DNA of 46,092 bases from Pirellula sp. Lineage in GTDB: Bacteria > Planctomycetota > Planctomycetia > Pirellulales > Pirellulaceae. The stretch spans positions 1-46,092 of the forward strand of contig JBILVV010000001.1 of the NCBI GenBank assembly GCA_044370255.1. Direction: 5' to 3'. Below are positions 19,220 through 29,733 of this stretch, piece after piece. A program made the position numbers and the translations under genes. Numbering within the stretch: position 1 is the stretch's first letter; the number at the start of each line of letters is the position of its first letter. The notes below the pieces were generated by a model. The model was not told the DNA's origin and searched no databases. It saw nothing but the letters and a program-made list of their open reading frames with translations.

Positions 19220-21031
19220 TTACAAGAGTCGATCGAGTTCTTCCACTAGGCTGGCGAATCGCTTCAGCGCTGTCTGGACCGGTTCGGGTTGGGTCATATC
19301 CACCCCGGCGTCTCGCAGCAGATCGAGCGGATATTTCGAACAACCTCCTCGCAAGAACTGCAGGTACTGGTCCAATTCCTGCGCACCGCCATGCATCACT
19401 CGTTGCGAAAGAGCGATCGCTGCGGAGAGCCCGGTCGCATATTTGTAAACGTAGAAGGCGCGATAGAAATGAGGTATGCGGAAGCATTCCAGTTGCAACT
19501 GTTCATCGATATTGAACTTGGGGCCGAAGTAATCTCGCAGCAGTTCGCTGTAGACTTCTTTGAAGGAAGCCACGGTGAGGGGCTCTCCGGCTTCGGCCAT
19601 GGCATGAGTCTTCTTCTCGAACTCTGCGAACATGGTCTGTCGAACGATCGTTGCGCGAATGCTGTCGATTTCATGGTTGATGATCGCAGCTCGCGTGGCC
19701 TTGGAGTCCGCGTTGCGAATCAAGTGCTCGGCCAGGAGTTGTTCGTTGAACGTGCTGGCGACTTCCGCGACGAAGATCGTGTAGTTGTAGTACTGAAACG
19801 GCTGGCTACGGGCGGAATAGTAGCTGTGCATCGAGTGCCCGGCCTCGTGGGTCAACGTGAAAACATCGTTGAGCACATCAGGCTTGTAATTCATCAGGAT
19901 GTACGGATCGCCATCGTAAGTGCCGCAGCTAAACGCTCCGCTTTGCTTCCCTTGGTTGGGATATCGATCGCACCATCGTCCGCGAAGCCCTCCAGAGAGG
20001 ACCCGACCGTATTCTTCTCCCAAGGGTTTGAGGGAATCGAGGACAACGTCGACTGCTTCGTCCCAGGTATGGTGCGATGGGACATCGGATAGAATCGGAA
20101 CGTACGTATCGTAGTGATGTATTTCATCGAGTCCCATCTTGCGTCGCCGCATATCGAAGTAAGCATGAACGGCAGGTAGGCTCGCACGTACGGCCGCGAT
20201 GAGATTGTCATACACTCTGACCGGGACATTGTCGGCGAACAGGGAAAACTCCAGCGCGCTGGGGTAGTTGCGAGCACGGGCGTAATACACATCGGTATGA
20301 ATGCTCCCCGCGAGGGTGGCTGCGAGCGTGTTCTCATGATCCGAGAACTCCGCATAGTACTGATGGAAAGCTTGCTGACGCACTTCTCGCTTGTTCGAAA
20401 TCAAGAAGGACGTGAGGGAAACATTCGTCAGATCGACGGTTTCACCCCGTTCATTTTCGATCTGCCCAAACTTCAGGTCCGCATCGCTGAGTTGCCGAAA
20501 CGCCTTGCCCGCCGTCTGCGCCATCTCCCCCTGCATGGCGAGCAATCGCTCTTCCGATTGATTGAGGGTATGGGCTCGATAGCGATTGATCCTCTCTAGG
20601 ACGAGGCGATACGGAGCTAGACATGGATCCTCCAGCAAGCGATCCATCTGCTCGGAGGGAATCGCCAAGATTTCGGGGCGGATGAAGCTGGCGGCCTGGC
20701 CAGCTCGCGTTGCGAGGTTTTGATAGCGAGCTTGGAACGCCTGGTAAGTGCTGTTGGCCTGATCCTCGGTCGTCTTCAGAAATGCGTAGGTACCGATCCG
20801 CTCGGCGAGACGGTCGGTGCGGACATCGTGGTCGAGGCATTCGGCGAGTCGCTGGGCCGACTGGGCAAGGGTTCCTTGATAGGGAGCAAAACCTTCGATC
20901 AAGCGTTCCAACTCAGGAATGGCTTTATGCCAAGCATCGTCGCTCGGAAACAGGCTCTCAAGGTTCCATGTGTCTTCTAACGAAACGTCGCTCCGCTTTG
21001 GATTGCTCTTCACACTTGCATTCGTTGTCAC
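19220..21031 (-). CDS. pepF: Oligoendopeptidase F (M3B)
   Basis: TWNLESLF, GKQSGAFS, TLTHEAGHSMHS (HExxH), FVAEVAS, RQTMFAEFE, RIPHFY, YVYKYATG. Confidence 0.96.
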   Translation of the reverse strand: MTTNASVKSNPKRSDVSLEDTWNLESLFPSDDAWHKAIPELERLIEGFAPYQGTLAQSAQRLAECLDHDVRTDRLAERIGTYAFLKTTEDQANSTYQAFQARYQNLATRAGQAASFIRPEILAIPSEQMDRLLEDPCLAPYRLVLERINRYRAHTLNQSEERLLAMQGEMAQTAGKAFRQLSDADLKFGQIENERGETVDLTNVSLTSFLISNKREVRQQAFHQYYAEFSDHENTLAATLAGSIHTDVYYARARNYPSALEFSLFADNVPVRVYDNLIAAVRASLPAVHAYFDMRRRKMGLDEIHHYDTYVPILSDVPSHHTWDEAVDVVLDSLKPLGEEYGRVLSGGLRGRWCDRYPNQGKQSGAFSCGTYDGDPYILMNYKPDVLNDVFTLTHEAGHSMHSYYSARSQPFQYYNYTIFVAEVASTFNEQLLAEHLIRNADSKATRAAIINHEIDSIRATIVRQTMFAEFEKKTHAMAEAGEPLTVASFKEVYSELLRDYFGPKFNIDEQLQLECFRIPHFYRAFYVYKYATGLSAAIALSQRVMHGGAQELDQYLQFLRGGCSKYPLDLLRDAGVDMTQPEPVQTALKRFASLVEELDRLL

Positions 21032-21057
21032 AACCGGTTCGATCCCTTGGATTGGAG

Positions 21058-21109
21058 GTACAAGCTTTGATGGTGCGGGAGTGCGCCCTCCCGCAAGCTA
21101 TCGTTGTAC
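21058..21109. other. Intergenic stem-loop between the ABC transporter and pepF
   Basis: TGCGGGAG (21074-21081) / CTCCCGCA (21088-21095) 8-bp stem, with an outer GTACAA/TTGTAC pair. No U-tract. Confidence 0.5.
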
Positions 21110-21137
21110 ACTCCGACCGACTCGCGGTCATTACCCG

Positions 21138-23081
21138 TCAGGCAGCGGCTGAACGGGGGATTTCGGACAGGGACAATACACCGGAATTCATGGTGTAAAC
21201 ATCGTCTGCCAAGGCGATCAGCGCTTCGCGGTGGGTGATGATCAGGATCGTCATCTGGCCTTTCATTGCCTGGAGCGTCTCGCGTATCTGCAATTCGCTG
21301 GCCATATCGATTTGGCTGGTCGATTCGTCCAGGATCAGGATTTCGGGTTTTCGTAGGATCGCACGAGCTAAGGCGACGCGCTGTCGCTGGCCACCGCTGA
21401 GCTTCTGACCGGACTGGCCCACGATGGTCTCATAGCCATCGCTGAGAGCGTTGGTGATAAAGTCGTGGGCGTGAGCCAATTTCGCAGCGTGTTCGATCTC
21501 TTCCCGAGTTGCTTCGGGTTTGCCGTAGCGGATGTTCTCGTAAACCGAACGATTGAAAAGCTCGGTGTTTTGGCTGACCAGCGTGATGCGTTGCCGTATA
21601 TCGGCGAGCGCCAAATCCCGCAAATCGATCCCGTCGAGCTCTAACGACCCGGCAGTTGGATCGTAGTAGCGGCACAGCAGATGAATCAGCGTCGATTTAC
21701 CGCTTCCATTGGCCCCGAGAATTGCGATGGTCTTGCCAAAAGGAATGTCCAAGTTGAGGTCCGATAGAATTGGCTGACTGGGATGATAGTGGAATCGAAC
21801 ATTGCGTAGACTCAGTGAGTGATGCCGCCCGGCGATTGCTTTGGGTTGCTGAGCCTCCGTCAGAACAGGCTTGGCGTTCACGATTCCGTAAAGCATGTTC
21901 GCTGCGACCACTCCCTGATAGATTAAAACCGAGACCCCCGATAGTTTTCGGAGCGGGTCGCTGGCGCCGATCAGCAGGCCAAAGAAAATCAGCAAGTCCG
22001 GTACACTCATCGGAGCATCGCATATCCGTATCGGTCCAAGATGCGTTTGCTTGTTGACCACCAGGTAAGCGCCCGCACAAACCGTGATCGCGACCATTGC
22101 GACACCCACGAGTTCAGTAAATGGCTTGCCGACCCCGTTCCAAAAAATCATCTTCATCCCTACGCGTCGCATGTCGCCTGTTGCTTGACCGAACCGAGCC
22201 CTCTCGTAGGATTCCATCGTGAATGCCTGCACGGTAAAGATGTTGCTCAAAGCTTCGAGAAGGACCTCATGAAATCCAGCATTGCGATTCAAGATCGATG
22301 AAGCGATAGCGCGAATCCTTCGATTGAAGAAAACGACGACACCTACGAGAAGCGGTGCCAAGATAAGCGATAACACCAAGAGCCGCCAATTGATCAACGC
22401 CGCGAAGATCAAACAGGATGCAATTCGAAGCGGTTCGCGAATCGCAGCTCCAAAGAGTTGCACTAATCCGACCGTCAAACTATCGGCTGCCGAGGTGATT
22501 GCTGCTAAGAAACCACTGGTTCCATAGCCCTGATAGGTCGTGCGATCCATCTTGAGAACAGAATCGAAAACACGCATGCGCAAATCGCGAACGATACTCG
22601 TCGAAACATGTCCTATGATCAGGTCGTTGCTGAGCATTAGCAGGTGCTTGATCATAGTTGTCACCATCAGCAAGCCCATGATGGCACAAATGGTGCTAAA
22701 CGCATCGCGAGGGAGTGTGGCGTTTGCAGATCGAAGAGTCCACTCCCGCCATGACAGAACCCAAAGTTCATGGCGATGATGACGCTCGAGAATCGCTAAG
22801 GTTGCCTCGTCGTCGGCTCGAACTTGTGCGATTTCGGACTCGATACGCATCAATTCGTTTTTCGATGTATCCACCCCTTTTTCAAGCCACGTTTGAATCG
22901 ACTCGCCATTCAAGGTCATTTCGACGACAGGGTACAAGGCTCCGATATTGGATCCCCACAAGAAAGCGATACCCAGCGAGCACAACGTGGCGAGAATCAG
23001 GGCTGGAGTATGGTGGAGCGAATCGCGGATAGCGTTCCAAAACGGCTTCATCTTGAGTTCGAAATCTCTCGGATCGATCAC
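21138..23081 (-). CDS. ABC exporter, fused permease/ATP-binding (MsbA-like)
   Basis: N-terminal TM domain, Walker A GANGSGKS, LSGGQRQR, ILILDESTS, ITHR. Confidence 0.94.
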   Translation of the reverse strand: MIDPRDFELKMKPFWNAIRDSLHHTPALILATLCSLGIAFLWGSNIGALYPVVEMTLNGESIQTWLEKGVDTSKNELMRIESEIAQVRADDEATLAILERHHRHELWVLSWREWTLRSANATLPRDAFSTICAIMGLLMVTTMIKHLLMLSNDLIIGHVSTSIVRDLRMRVFDSVLKMDRTTYQGYGTSGFLAAITSAADSLTVGLVQLFGAAIREPLRIASCLIFAALINWRLLVLSLILAPLLVGVVVFFNRRIRAIASSILNRNAGFHEVLLEALSNIFTVQAFTMESYERARFGQATGDMRRVGMKMIFWNGVGKPFTELVGVAMVAITVCAGAYLVVNKQTHLGPIRICDAPMSVPDLLIFFGLLIGASDPLRKLSGVSVLIYQGVVAANMLYGIVNAKPVLTEAQQPKAIAGRHHSLSLRNVRFHYHPSQPILSDLNLDIPFGKTIAILGANGSGKSTLIHLLCRYYDPTAGSLELDGIDLRDLALADIRQRITLVSQNTELFNRSVYENIRYGKPEATREEIEHAAKLAHAHDFITNALSDGYETIVGQSGQKLSGGQRQRVALARAILRKPEILILDESTSQIDMASELQIRETLQAMKGQMTILIITHREALIALADDVYTMNSGVLSLSEIPRSAAA

Positions 23082-23280
23082 TGGGGCTTGCAGGAAACCG
23101 GTCGGTATCCCAAAACCACTTGCAACACGTCAAGATCAAGACACGAATCGGATATATTTGCTAGCAAACTGGAGGTGCCACTCGGTAAGCGTTAGAATCG
23201 CTCGGGTTGGAAACGTTCAGGCGACTCGAGGTGGTCCGTTTTCATGATGTGTTCTTAGCTTCGCTTGTTTGAGAAAACTC

Positions 23281-23466
23281 ATGTCATCTTCTATTGCAGA
23301 ATCGACTTCAGCAGCGGCTTCAACAAGCAACTCTAGCGAAGTGGTATTGAAAACGACAGGGCTGAAACGATTCTTTGGTAGGCACCATGCAGTCGACGGA
23401 GTCGACTTAGAGGTGCGTTCGGGAGAGATCTATGGTTTTCTCGGGATCGATGGTGCTGGCAAGACC
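23281..23466 (+). pseudogene. 5' fragment of an ABC transporter ATP-binding gene
   Basis: LKTTGLKRFFGRHHAVDGVDLEVRSGEIYGFLGIDGAGKT. Homology stops right at Walker A and the frame ends at 23505. A TAGAAT box sits upstream at 23193-23198. Confidence 0.8.
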
Positions 23467-24586
23467 AGACGATCGCCCAGTGGTGGAGCGGGCGGCCGGA
23501 GATGAAATGCAGCCGCAAGGCATGTTGACGGATTCGCCATCAGGAGTGGATGCATTCGACGGATTAGAAACCGAGTATTTCCAACTCGTATATCGGCAAT
23601 CATCGCAAAAAGTCGTCAACGAAGTACAGTATTCCATGGACCCAGTTCACCAGCAAGTCATGGACTTTTTCCAAAATCCCGCCCCTGTAAATGGTCGAAT
23701 CGTCGTGGATCTTGGAGGGTCCGTTCCAGGTCACGCAGCGGGCGTAACCAATTGGACGAGGGTTCGAGTCCCGCTATCCAAGTCAAGCAGCGAATTCGAT
23801 TTCCTTCAAACGCTGCGCCATGAAGTTGGCCATGTCTACATCAACAAGTTGAGCGATGGTAAGGCAACCGCTTACTTTAATTCACTAAGGGTATTTCACG
23901 AAGGCGTCGCGACAGCGGTCGAATTGTCTCCTAAGGATGAAGAAATAGCAGCAGAGATTTTGAAGATGGAACGATGGGCCGCTGCAGTCGATTCCCGCGG
24001 TCGCGTTCCGCTGTTCGTCCTTTGCGACGATGCACTGATGAAACAAACACGCGATGAGAACATCGTCTATCCACTCGGATACTTAGTCGCGCACTCGTTG
24101 ATAGATATCGGTGGTCCATCCATGCCTCGCCAAATGATGGAGACCGCGCGAAGTCTGACTATGCCAACTGGATATCGAACCACCCAACTGTGGAGCACGC
24201 TGCTACAGAAAAATGGCGCGTCGTTGGAAATGCTCTCGTCGGCCTATGAAGCAAAGCTCGACGCACTCCAAGAGCGAGAATCGGTATTTCTAAAACAGCT
24301 TCCGCGACTCTCTTCAAAACTCACTGTCGAAGAGGGTGAAATCGTCATTCGCGTGGAGGCTCCCGAGGGTGCAAGCGAATCAGCTCAAATGATTTGCGCG
24401 ATCGAAAAGCAAGGTGTTTTAACAGTCGAAACGACATTTATCCCAAGGGCAAACGATGGAAGTTTTCGATTGCCCCGAGCCCAGGTTTCAGGAAGCCGTC
24501 TGCGCTATCTCGTCGGGTGGTCGATTCCCGAAGCAAGCTTTCCCTTTTTTGAACCCTGGACCGAAGCCAAACTAGCAGCGTATTAA
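23467..24586 (+). CDS. Gluzincin-type (peptidase MA-like) domain protein, probably the 3' remnant of a longer gene
   Basis: TLRHEVGH (HExxH) followed by VFHEGVA (third-ligand Glu) and VYPLGY. No signal peptide or TM segment. The frame begins at the ABC-fragment junction; first in-frame ATG after it is at 23507. Confidence 0.65.
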
Positions 24587-24809
24587 AGCTATCGCTTCGC
24601 TGCACCAACAGCTAAAAGAGACGTTAAAGACACACAAGAATAGAAGTTTTGATAAATGCTAGCATCCAGAAGAGGAACGTGAGGATCTCGCAATGGCATT
24701 GACATGAAGGGAGTTTTTCCGGGAAAGATCCGACAAGGAAACATCGTCCAAATCACCACCGATAGACTATTTCAGCTATCAATCGTCACGTTGATTAATA
24801 GGCTCTCTC

Positions 24810-25454
24810 ATGAGATCGAAACCTCTACTCTGGATGATTGGCCTCGCACTCTTGTCGGGTTGCTCGACGATTAAGCAATCCGATACATCGCGCACGGGTC
24901 TAGAACAACTGCTGATCAGCAACGCGGTAGACCAATCGCTCAACAAAGTGGACCTTAGTCCGATCTCGGGCGCAAAGGTGCACATCAAAACCGATCTTCT
25001 CGACTGCGTGGACAAAAACTACATCATCCTCGCGACGAAATCCCGGTTAATGGCAAATCAATGCGTTATTGTTGACAAGCCAGAGGATGCCGAGATTCAA
25101 CTAGAGATCGCATCCGGAGGTGTTGGTACGGACCGAACCGAATTGGTCGTTGGCACACCCGAAGTTCCTTTGGGATTGATGGGAAGTATCCCCAAGGTCA
25201 ATTTCTATGAGCGGAATAAAGCGATGGGAACAGCCAAGCTTGCGGTGGTAGCCACCGACACCAAGACGAAACAACCAATGATCAATTCTGGCTTCGCACT
25301 GGCTCGGAGTGATCATCAATATTGGACGATGCTCGGAGCCGGGCCGATTCTTTCTGGAAGTGTTGCCGAACAAATACGCAACCACACCGGCTCCGCAGAT
25401 GAAGTTGTCCTCCCAAATATGGTCCCGTCCGTTCGTACAGCGCGTCAACCATAA
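24810..25454 (+). CDS. Lipoprotein, DUF6655-like
   Basis: Lipobox LSGC; SDTSRTGLEQLLISNAVDQSL; IASGGVGTD. Confidence 0.75.
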   Translation: MRSKPLLWMIGLALLSGCSTIKQSDTSRTGLEQLLISNAVDQSLNKVDLSPISGAKVHIKTDLLDCVDKNYIILATKSRLMANQCVIVDKPEDAEIQLEIASGGVGTDRTELVVGTPEVPLGLMGSIPKVNFYERNKAMGTAKLAVVATDTKTKQPMINSGFALARSDHQYWTMLGAGPILSGSVAEQIRNHTGSADEVVLPNMVPSVRTARQP

Positions 25455-25545
25455 CGGCCGAAATACTCCCGATCGATCAGTGCCTGGCGCCTATTTGCTG
25501 GATGCAAGCGAAAGACAGGAAGCCAAGGATTGCTTGCTTCGGGAC

Positions 25546-27015
25546 TCAGGCTAGCAGTTCTGCGGCCACACGCGCGGTTGGAGATTGGACCAAGGAGAAT
25601 TCCTGGGCTCCCGACTTGTACCGGAGCTTGGAATGATCGAGCCCGAATTGATGCAGAACGGTTGCGAGCCACTCGTGATGCTGGATGAGCCCTTCGATCG
25701 CTCGGTGTGAGAACTCGTCGGTTTTCCCGTGGCAGTATCCAGCCTTGAATCCGCCCCCGGCGACCCACTGACTAAAGCCAAACGTATTGTGATCGCGCCC
25801 CACTTTTTCTTTTGCATTCCCACCTGGGGGAACCTGGATCACGGGCAACCGTCCCATCTCACCGCCCCAATGCACGATGGTCGTATCGAGGAGACCTCGC
25901 TGCTTAAGATCCTTGACGAGTGCCATGGCTGGCCGATCGATCTCTTTGCAACGCGCGGGCAATTGAGAAATAATCGAATCGTGATGATCCCATGACTGGC
26001 CATTGTTGAAGATCTGCACAAAACGCACGCCCCTTTCCACCAGGCGCCTCGCGATCAAACACCGCGTTCCGTAGTCGCGCGTCACATCCTGATCGATTCC
26101 ATACATGCGATGCGTTTCCTCGGTCTCCTTGGAGATGTCGAACGCTTCCTTTGCAGCCAACTGCATCTTCGCGGCCAGTTCATAACTCGCCATGCGAGCA
26201 GCCAGATCATTCTCGCTGGGGTGCTGCTCGAGATGCTCGGCATTGAACCGCTTGAGAAAGTCCAACTGCGCTGCCTGTGCCGCACCGCGCAAGTGATCCG
26301 GGGGATCCAAATTCAGAATTCGAGGCTCTTTGGGCCGAACCACGGTCCCTTGATAAATCGATGGTAGCGATCCATTGGACCAATTGTCGCCAGCGTTGAC
26401 CGGCAAGCCCCAAGGATGAGTCAAAGCGACAAACGCAGGCAACTCTTGCGAGACCGAGCCAAGCCCATAGGTGAGCCAACTGCCGAGGCTGGCTCGCCCG
26501 GGTACTCCCATACCTGTGATCAACGCATACATCGATGGGAAATGATTGTTGACGTTGGTCTGCATTGATCGGATGAGGGTCATCTCGTCGGCGATCTCCG
26601 CCATGTGCGGAATCAAATCAGACATCTCAGTACCTGATTGGCCTCGCGGGGCAAACGGCCATTGCGGACCCATGACCATCCGCGACGCCTGCGCCGGATT
26701 GTCGTATTGCACTTCGCCGGGAAACTCCTTGCCATCGAGTTTCACTAGCTCGGGCTTGGGATCAAACATGTCGATCTGGCTTGGGCCGCCGATCATGAAC
26801 ATGCTGATCATCGCCTTTGCCTTGGGCTCAAAGTTCGGCTGTTTGGGAGTGAGATCAAACACCCTCGGCTCCAAATCGGGCTTGGCCATCCGTGGTGGCC
26901 CCTCTTCGGCCAAGAGTCCTTCCTCGTTGAGCAGCATCGCAGCCGCAATCCCCGCCAGTCCGAACGATGATGAGTGCAGCCAATGTCGGCGAGAGCAGAG
27001 ATAGGGGACTGTCAT
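25546..27015 (-). CDS. DUF1501 domain protein (Tat-like signal)
   Basis: SRRHWL, GGPSQIDMFDPKP, SLGSWLTYGLG, ARRLVERGVRFVQ, WDHH, GEMGRLP, GRDHN. Confidence 0.95.
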   Translation of the reverse strand: MTVPYLCSRRHWLHSSSFGLAGIAAAMLLNEEGLLAEEGPPRMAKPDLEPRVFDLTPKQPNFEPKAKAMISMFMIGGPSQIDMFDPKPELVKLDGKEFPGEVQYDNPAQASRMVMGPQWPFAPRGQSGTEMSDLIPHMAEIADEMTLIRSMQTNVNNHFPSMYALITGMGVPGRASLGSWLTYGLGSVSQELPAFVALTHPWGLPVNAGDNWSNGSLPSIYQGTVVRPKEPRILNLDPPDHLRGAAQAAQLDFLKRFNAEHLEQHPSENDLAARMASYELAAKMQLAAKEAFDISKETEETHRMYGIDQDVTRDYGTRCLIARRLVERGVRFVQIFNNGQSWDHHDSIISQLPARCKEIDRPAMALVKDLKQRGLLDTTIVHWGGEMGRLPVIQVPPGGNAKEKVGRDHNTFGFSQWVAGGGFKAGYCHGKTDEFSHRAIEGLIQHHEWLATVLHQFGLDHSKLRYKSGAQEFSLVQSPTARVAAELLA

Positions 27016-27028
27016 AAAAATTCTCCGA

Positions 27029-29713
27029 TCAGTCTACGTACAAGAATCGGTTGGAAGCCATCAGGACCTGACATAAACTCGCCAAGGCCCGCAAATCGGG
27101 GGCGTGGCTCTCCGCTTCCATCCGCTTGCGCCATTCCGGGTTTTGGTCAGCCGCGAACACCTCGCGCTGGCTTTGAAGATAACCCCTGCAGGAAACCAGT
27201 TCCGCATCGCTCGGTCGCTTCGAGAAGAGCTTCATAAAGAGTCGACTTAGGCGCACATCCATCTCGGGGGAATCACTCCACAATCGCTCCGCAGTTTTCT
27301 CGGAGAACTGAATGATCGATTGCTCGTTGAGGAACAACAGTGCCTGCGGCGCAACGGTCGAGCAACGGCGCGTATCGCAGTTCGGATTCATGACGGGCAT
27401 ATCGAATGTCTCAAGCAAACTTAGGGGCAGCCCTCGCTTGGACTGCAGATAGATGCTTCGTCGATACTTCTCTGCTCCGATGTCTTCGATGCCTGCATAC
27501 AAGCCCTCATTGAGAATCCTGCGACCCAAAGCAGCTTGCCCTTCGCCATCCTCGGCAACAGGCACCGATGGACCACCGAGTTTCGCGTTCAGATTCTCCG
27601 AGACGATCAACATGGAATCGCGAATCGTTTCGGCATCGAGTCGTCTGAGGTTCGCTCGACCATAGAGGCGATTGTCGGGATCCTGTTGATTCAGTTCCTC
27701 GGTTCGTTGCGATTGCTGGCGATAGGTGTGGGACATCACCATCAGTTTGTGCATGCGTTTCAGGTGCCAGCCACCTTCGACCAAATCGCACGCCAGCCAA
27801 TCCAGTAACTCTGGGTGCGACGGGCGTTGACCAAAAGTGCCGAAATCACCGGGCGTGGCAACCAGCCCGACACCGAAATGATGTTGCCATAAGCGATTGA
27901 CGGCGACGCGCGAGGTCAACGGATGGGTGCCGTCTGTCAACTGCTTGGCATAGGCGAAACGTCGTCCGAAAGTTTTCGCGTTCTCACTTCGAGCAACGGG
28001 AATGGGCGAGGAGGCACGATCGCGGGCGAGCACATACAGTTCGCCCGGTTCGACTCCCTTTTTGGGCTGTTCGGGATCCCCTCGAAAAAAGACTTTGCTC
28101 TCAGGAGTAACCTCCGCTCGATCCCGCACCGCCATGATCAAGCGGGCGGGCGGTCTGGTCTGACGAAACTTGGCGATCTCTTTCGCTTCGGCCTCAAAGC
28201 GTTTGTAGTTCTCGTTGTTGTTGACTTTGTCGAACTCGATCAACTGTCCCACGATCGCGTCCACGGATCGCACCATCGGATACTCGAGAAGGAGTTTCTT
28301 TTGCTCTTCCGTTTGCTTATCGGCGGGAGTGCCGATGGCTCCCAAAAGCGATTCGCGCACATTCTCGGGAGTCGCAGCCAAATTCATGTCGAGGATCTTT
28401 TGACCGACCTCGCGTTTGCGCTGTGCAAGATCTTTCTCGCGGCCGACTGCTTCGGCCTCGATTTTCTCGGCGGCAGCGCGATCTGCAGCGGGAGTGAGAT
28501 CGATCAGTCGCTGATCGGGCTGTTGCCAGGCAGCCAAAGGAAACGCAGGATCGAAGATTGCCCGATAGCGGTAGTAGTCCTCAATCGTGATCGGATCGTA
28601 TCGATGGTCGTGACACTGGGCGCAGCCGACACTTAAACCCAAAACAGATGAACCGACGACTTTGATCATGTCCGCGACCGCTTGATTGCGATCCAAGAGG
28701 CCGTTGTTCGTGGCGGTGATATCGGGAGCCATTCTCAGAAAGCCTGTAGCTGTCATCAGCTCTACATGGCGATCGTTTTCCGGGTTAGGATCCGCGTCGA
28801 TGCATTCATCTCCGGCGAGTTGCTCGAGGATGAATTGATCGTAGGGTTTATCTCGATTGAGGGACTCGATCACGTAATCACGATACCGCCAAGCATGTTG
28901 GCGATCGGTGTCCTTGGTGGGGTTCCCATCGGTTTCCGAATACCCTGCCACATCGAGCCAATGCCGAGCCCAGCGCACACCGTACTGCGGCGAGTCGAGC
29001 AATCGGTCGACCAAGTTCTCATACGCATGCTCGGACGGATCGGCGACAAATGCATCGACCTCCTCAGGTGTAGGGGGCAGACCGTGCAAATCGATTTTCA
29101 GGCGACGGATCAGCGTGGCTCGGTCAGCTTCGGGAGACAGATCGAGTCCTGCCGAGAGCAACTTTACCCGCACGAACGCATCGATCGGATTGATAGCATG
29201 CGCTCCATTTCGAGCGAATTCATCCGACGGAATCGGCGGCTTACGAGGAGATTGAAACGCCCAAAATGAAAGTTCCTCGGGAGTGAAGCGGGCATCCTCG
29301 ACGTTTTCCGGTTCAGGCCTCAGCGTCTGAGCGCCCGCTTGAATCCAGTTGCGAATGACTTCCTTCTGGGAAGCCGAGAGTTTCTTTCTCCCCTCCGGCA
29401 TTTCGTCCGACTCGATCCGTTTCCAAAGGAGACTCGATGATGCATCGCCAGCGACAATAGCCGGTCCAGACTCGCCACCTTGCTGCATCAATCGCACAAG
29501 CCGAACATCCAATCCCCCTTGATGCGTTTCCTCTTCACCATGGCAGTGAAAACACATCGTCTTGAGAATCGGGCGAATTTCTCCTTCATAGGTAGGGGAG
29601 CTCGGCGATGGTGGTTCTGAGCCGATCGCTACAGTACAAAGCCCCACAACCAACCAGCCAGGGATGAATGGAGCCATGAGACAGTAATTCGATCGAAGCT
29701 CTTTCCAATACAC
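27029..29713 (-). CDS. Planctomycete cytochrome c (PSCyt1) / DUF1549 / DUF1553 (PSD1) protein
   Basis: CFHCH and CAQCH heme motifs, NPIDAFV, RWARHWLDVAGY, EQLAGD, PSHPELLDWLA, RRLDAETIRDSML, STVAPQAL. Start may be ATG 29677. Confidence 0.95.
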   Translation of the reverse strand: MYWKELRSNYCLMAPFIPGWLVVGLCTVAIGSEPPSPSSPTYEGEIRPILKTMCFHCHGEEETHQGGLDVRLVRLMQQGGESGPAIVAGDASSSLLWKRIESDEMPEGRKKLSASQKEVIRNWIQAGAQTLRPEPENVEDARFTPEELSFWAFQSPRKPPIPSDEFARNGAHAINPIDAFVRVKLLSAGLDLSPEADRATLIRRLKIDLHGLPPTPEEVDAFVADPSEHAYENLVDRLLDSPQYGVRWARHWLDVAGYSETDGNPTKDTDRQHAWRYRDYVIESLNRDKPYDQFILEQLAGDECIDADPNPENDRHVELMTATGFLRMAPDITATNNGLLDRNQAVADMIKVVGSSVLGLSVGCAQCHDHRYDPITIEDYYRYRAIFDPAFPLAAWQQPDQRLIDLTPAADRAAAEKIEAEAVGREKDLAQRKREVGQKILDMNLAATPENVRESLLGAIGTPADKQTEEQKKLLLEYPMVRSVDAIVGQLIEFDKVNNNENYKRFEAEAKEIAKFRQTRPPARLIMAVRDRAEVTPESKVFFRGDPEQPKKGVEPGELYVLARDRASSPIPVARSENAKTFGRRFAYAKQLTDGTHPLTSRVAVNRLWQHHFGVGLVATPGDFGTFGQRPSHPELLDWLACDLVEGGWHLKRMHKLMVMSHTYRQQSQRTEELNQQDPDNRLYGRANLRRLDAETIRDSMLIVSENLNAKLGGPSVPVAEDGEGQAALGRRILNEGLYAGIEDIGAEKYRRSIYLQSKRGLPLSLLETFDMPVMNPNCDTRRCSTVAPQALLFLNEQSIIQFSEKTAERLWSDSPEMDVRLSRLFMKLFSKRPSDAELVSCRGYLQSQREVFAADQNPEWRKRMEAESHAPDLRALASLCQVLMASNRFLYVD

Positions 29714-29714
29714 G

Positions 29715-29722
29715 GCCGATAC
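29715..29722 (+). promoter_or_regulatory. Possible sigma-28-type -10 element for the putative large RNA
   Basis: GCCGATAC (7/8 match to GCCGATAA) ending 12 nt before the first paired base at 29734. Upstream CGAAG is only a weak -35 match. Confidence 0.3.
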
Positions 29723-29733
29723 CTGGTTGGGGC

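Noticed and set aside
19170-19487. Long 5' extensions of ORF-track calls (also 5084-5224, 7823-7987, 13475-13636, 13893-14132, 17288-17392)
   Set aside because: They overlap neighbouring genes or promoter regions, and downstream starts fit the family N-termini better.
21036-21046. GGTTCGATCCC, a tRNA T-loop-like motif
   Set aside because: No T-stem pairing or cloverleaf around it.
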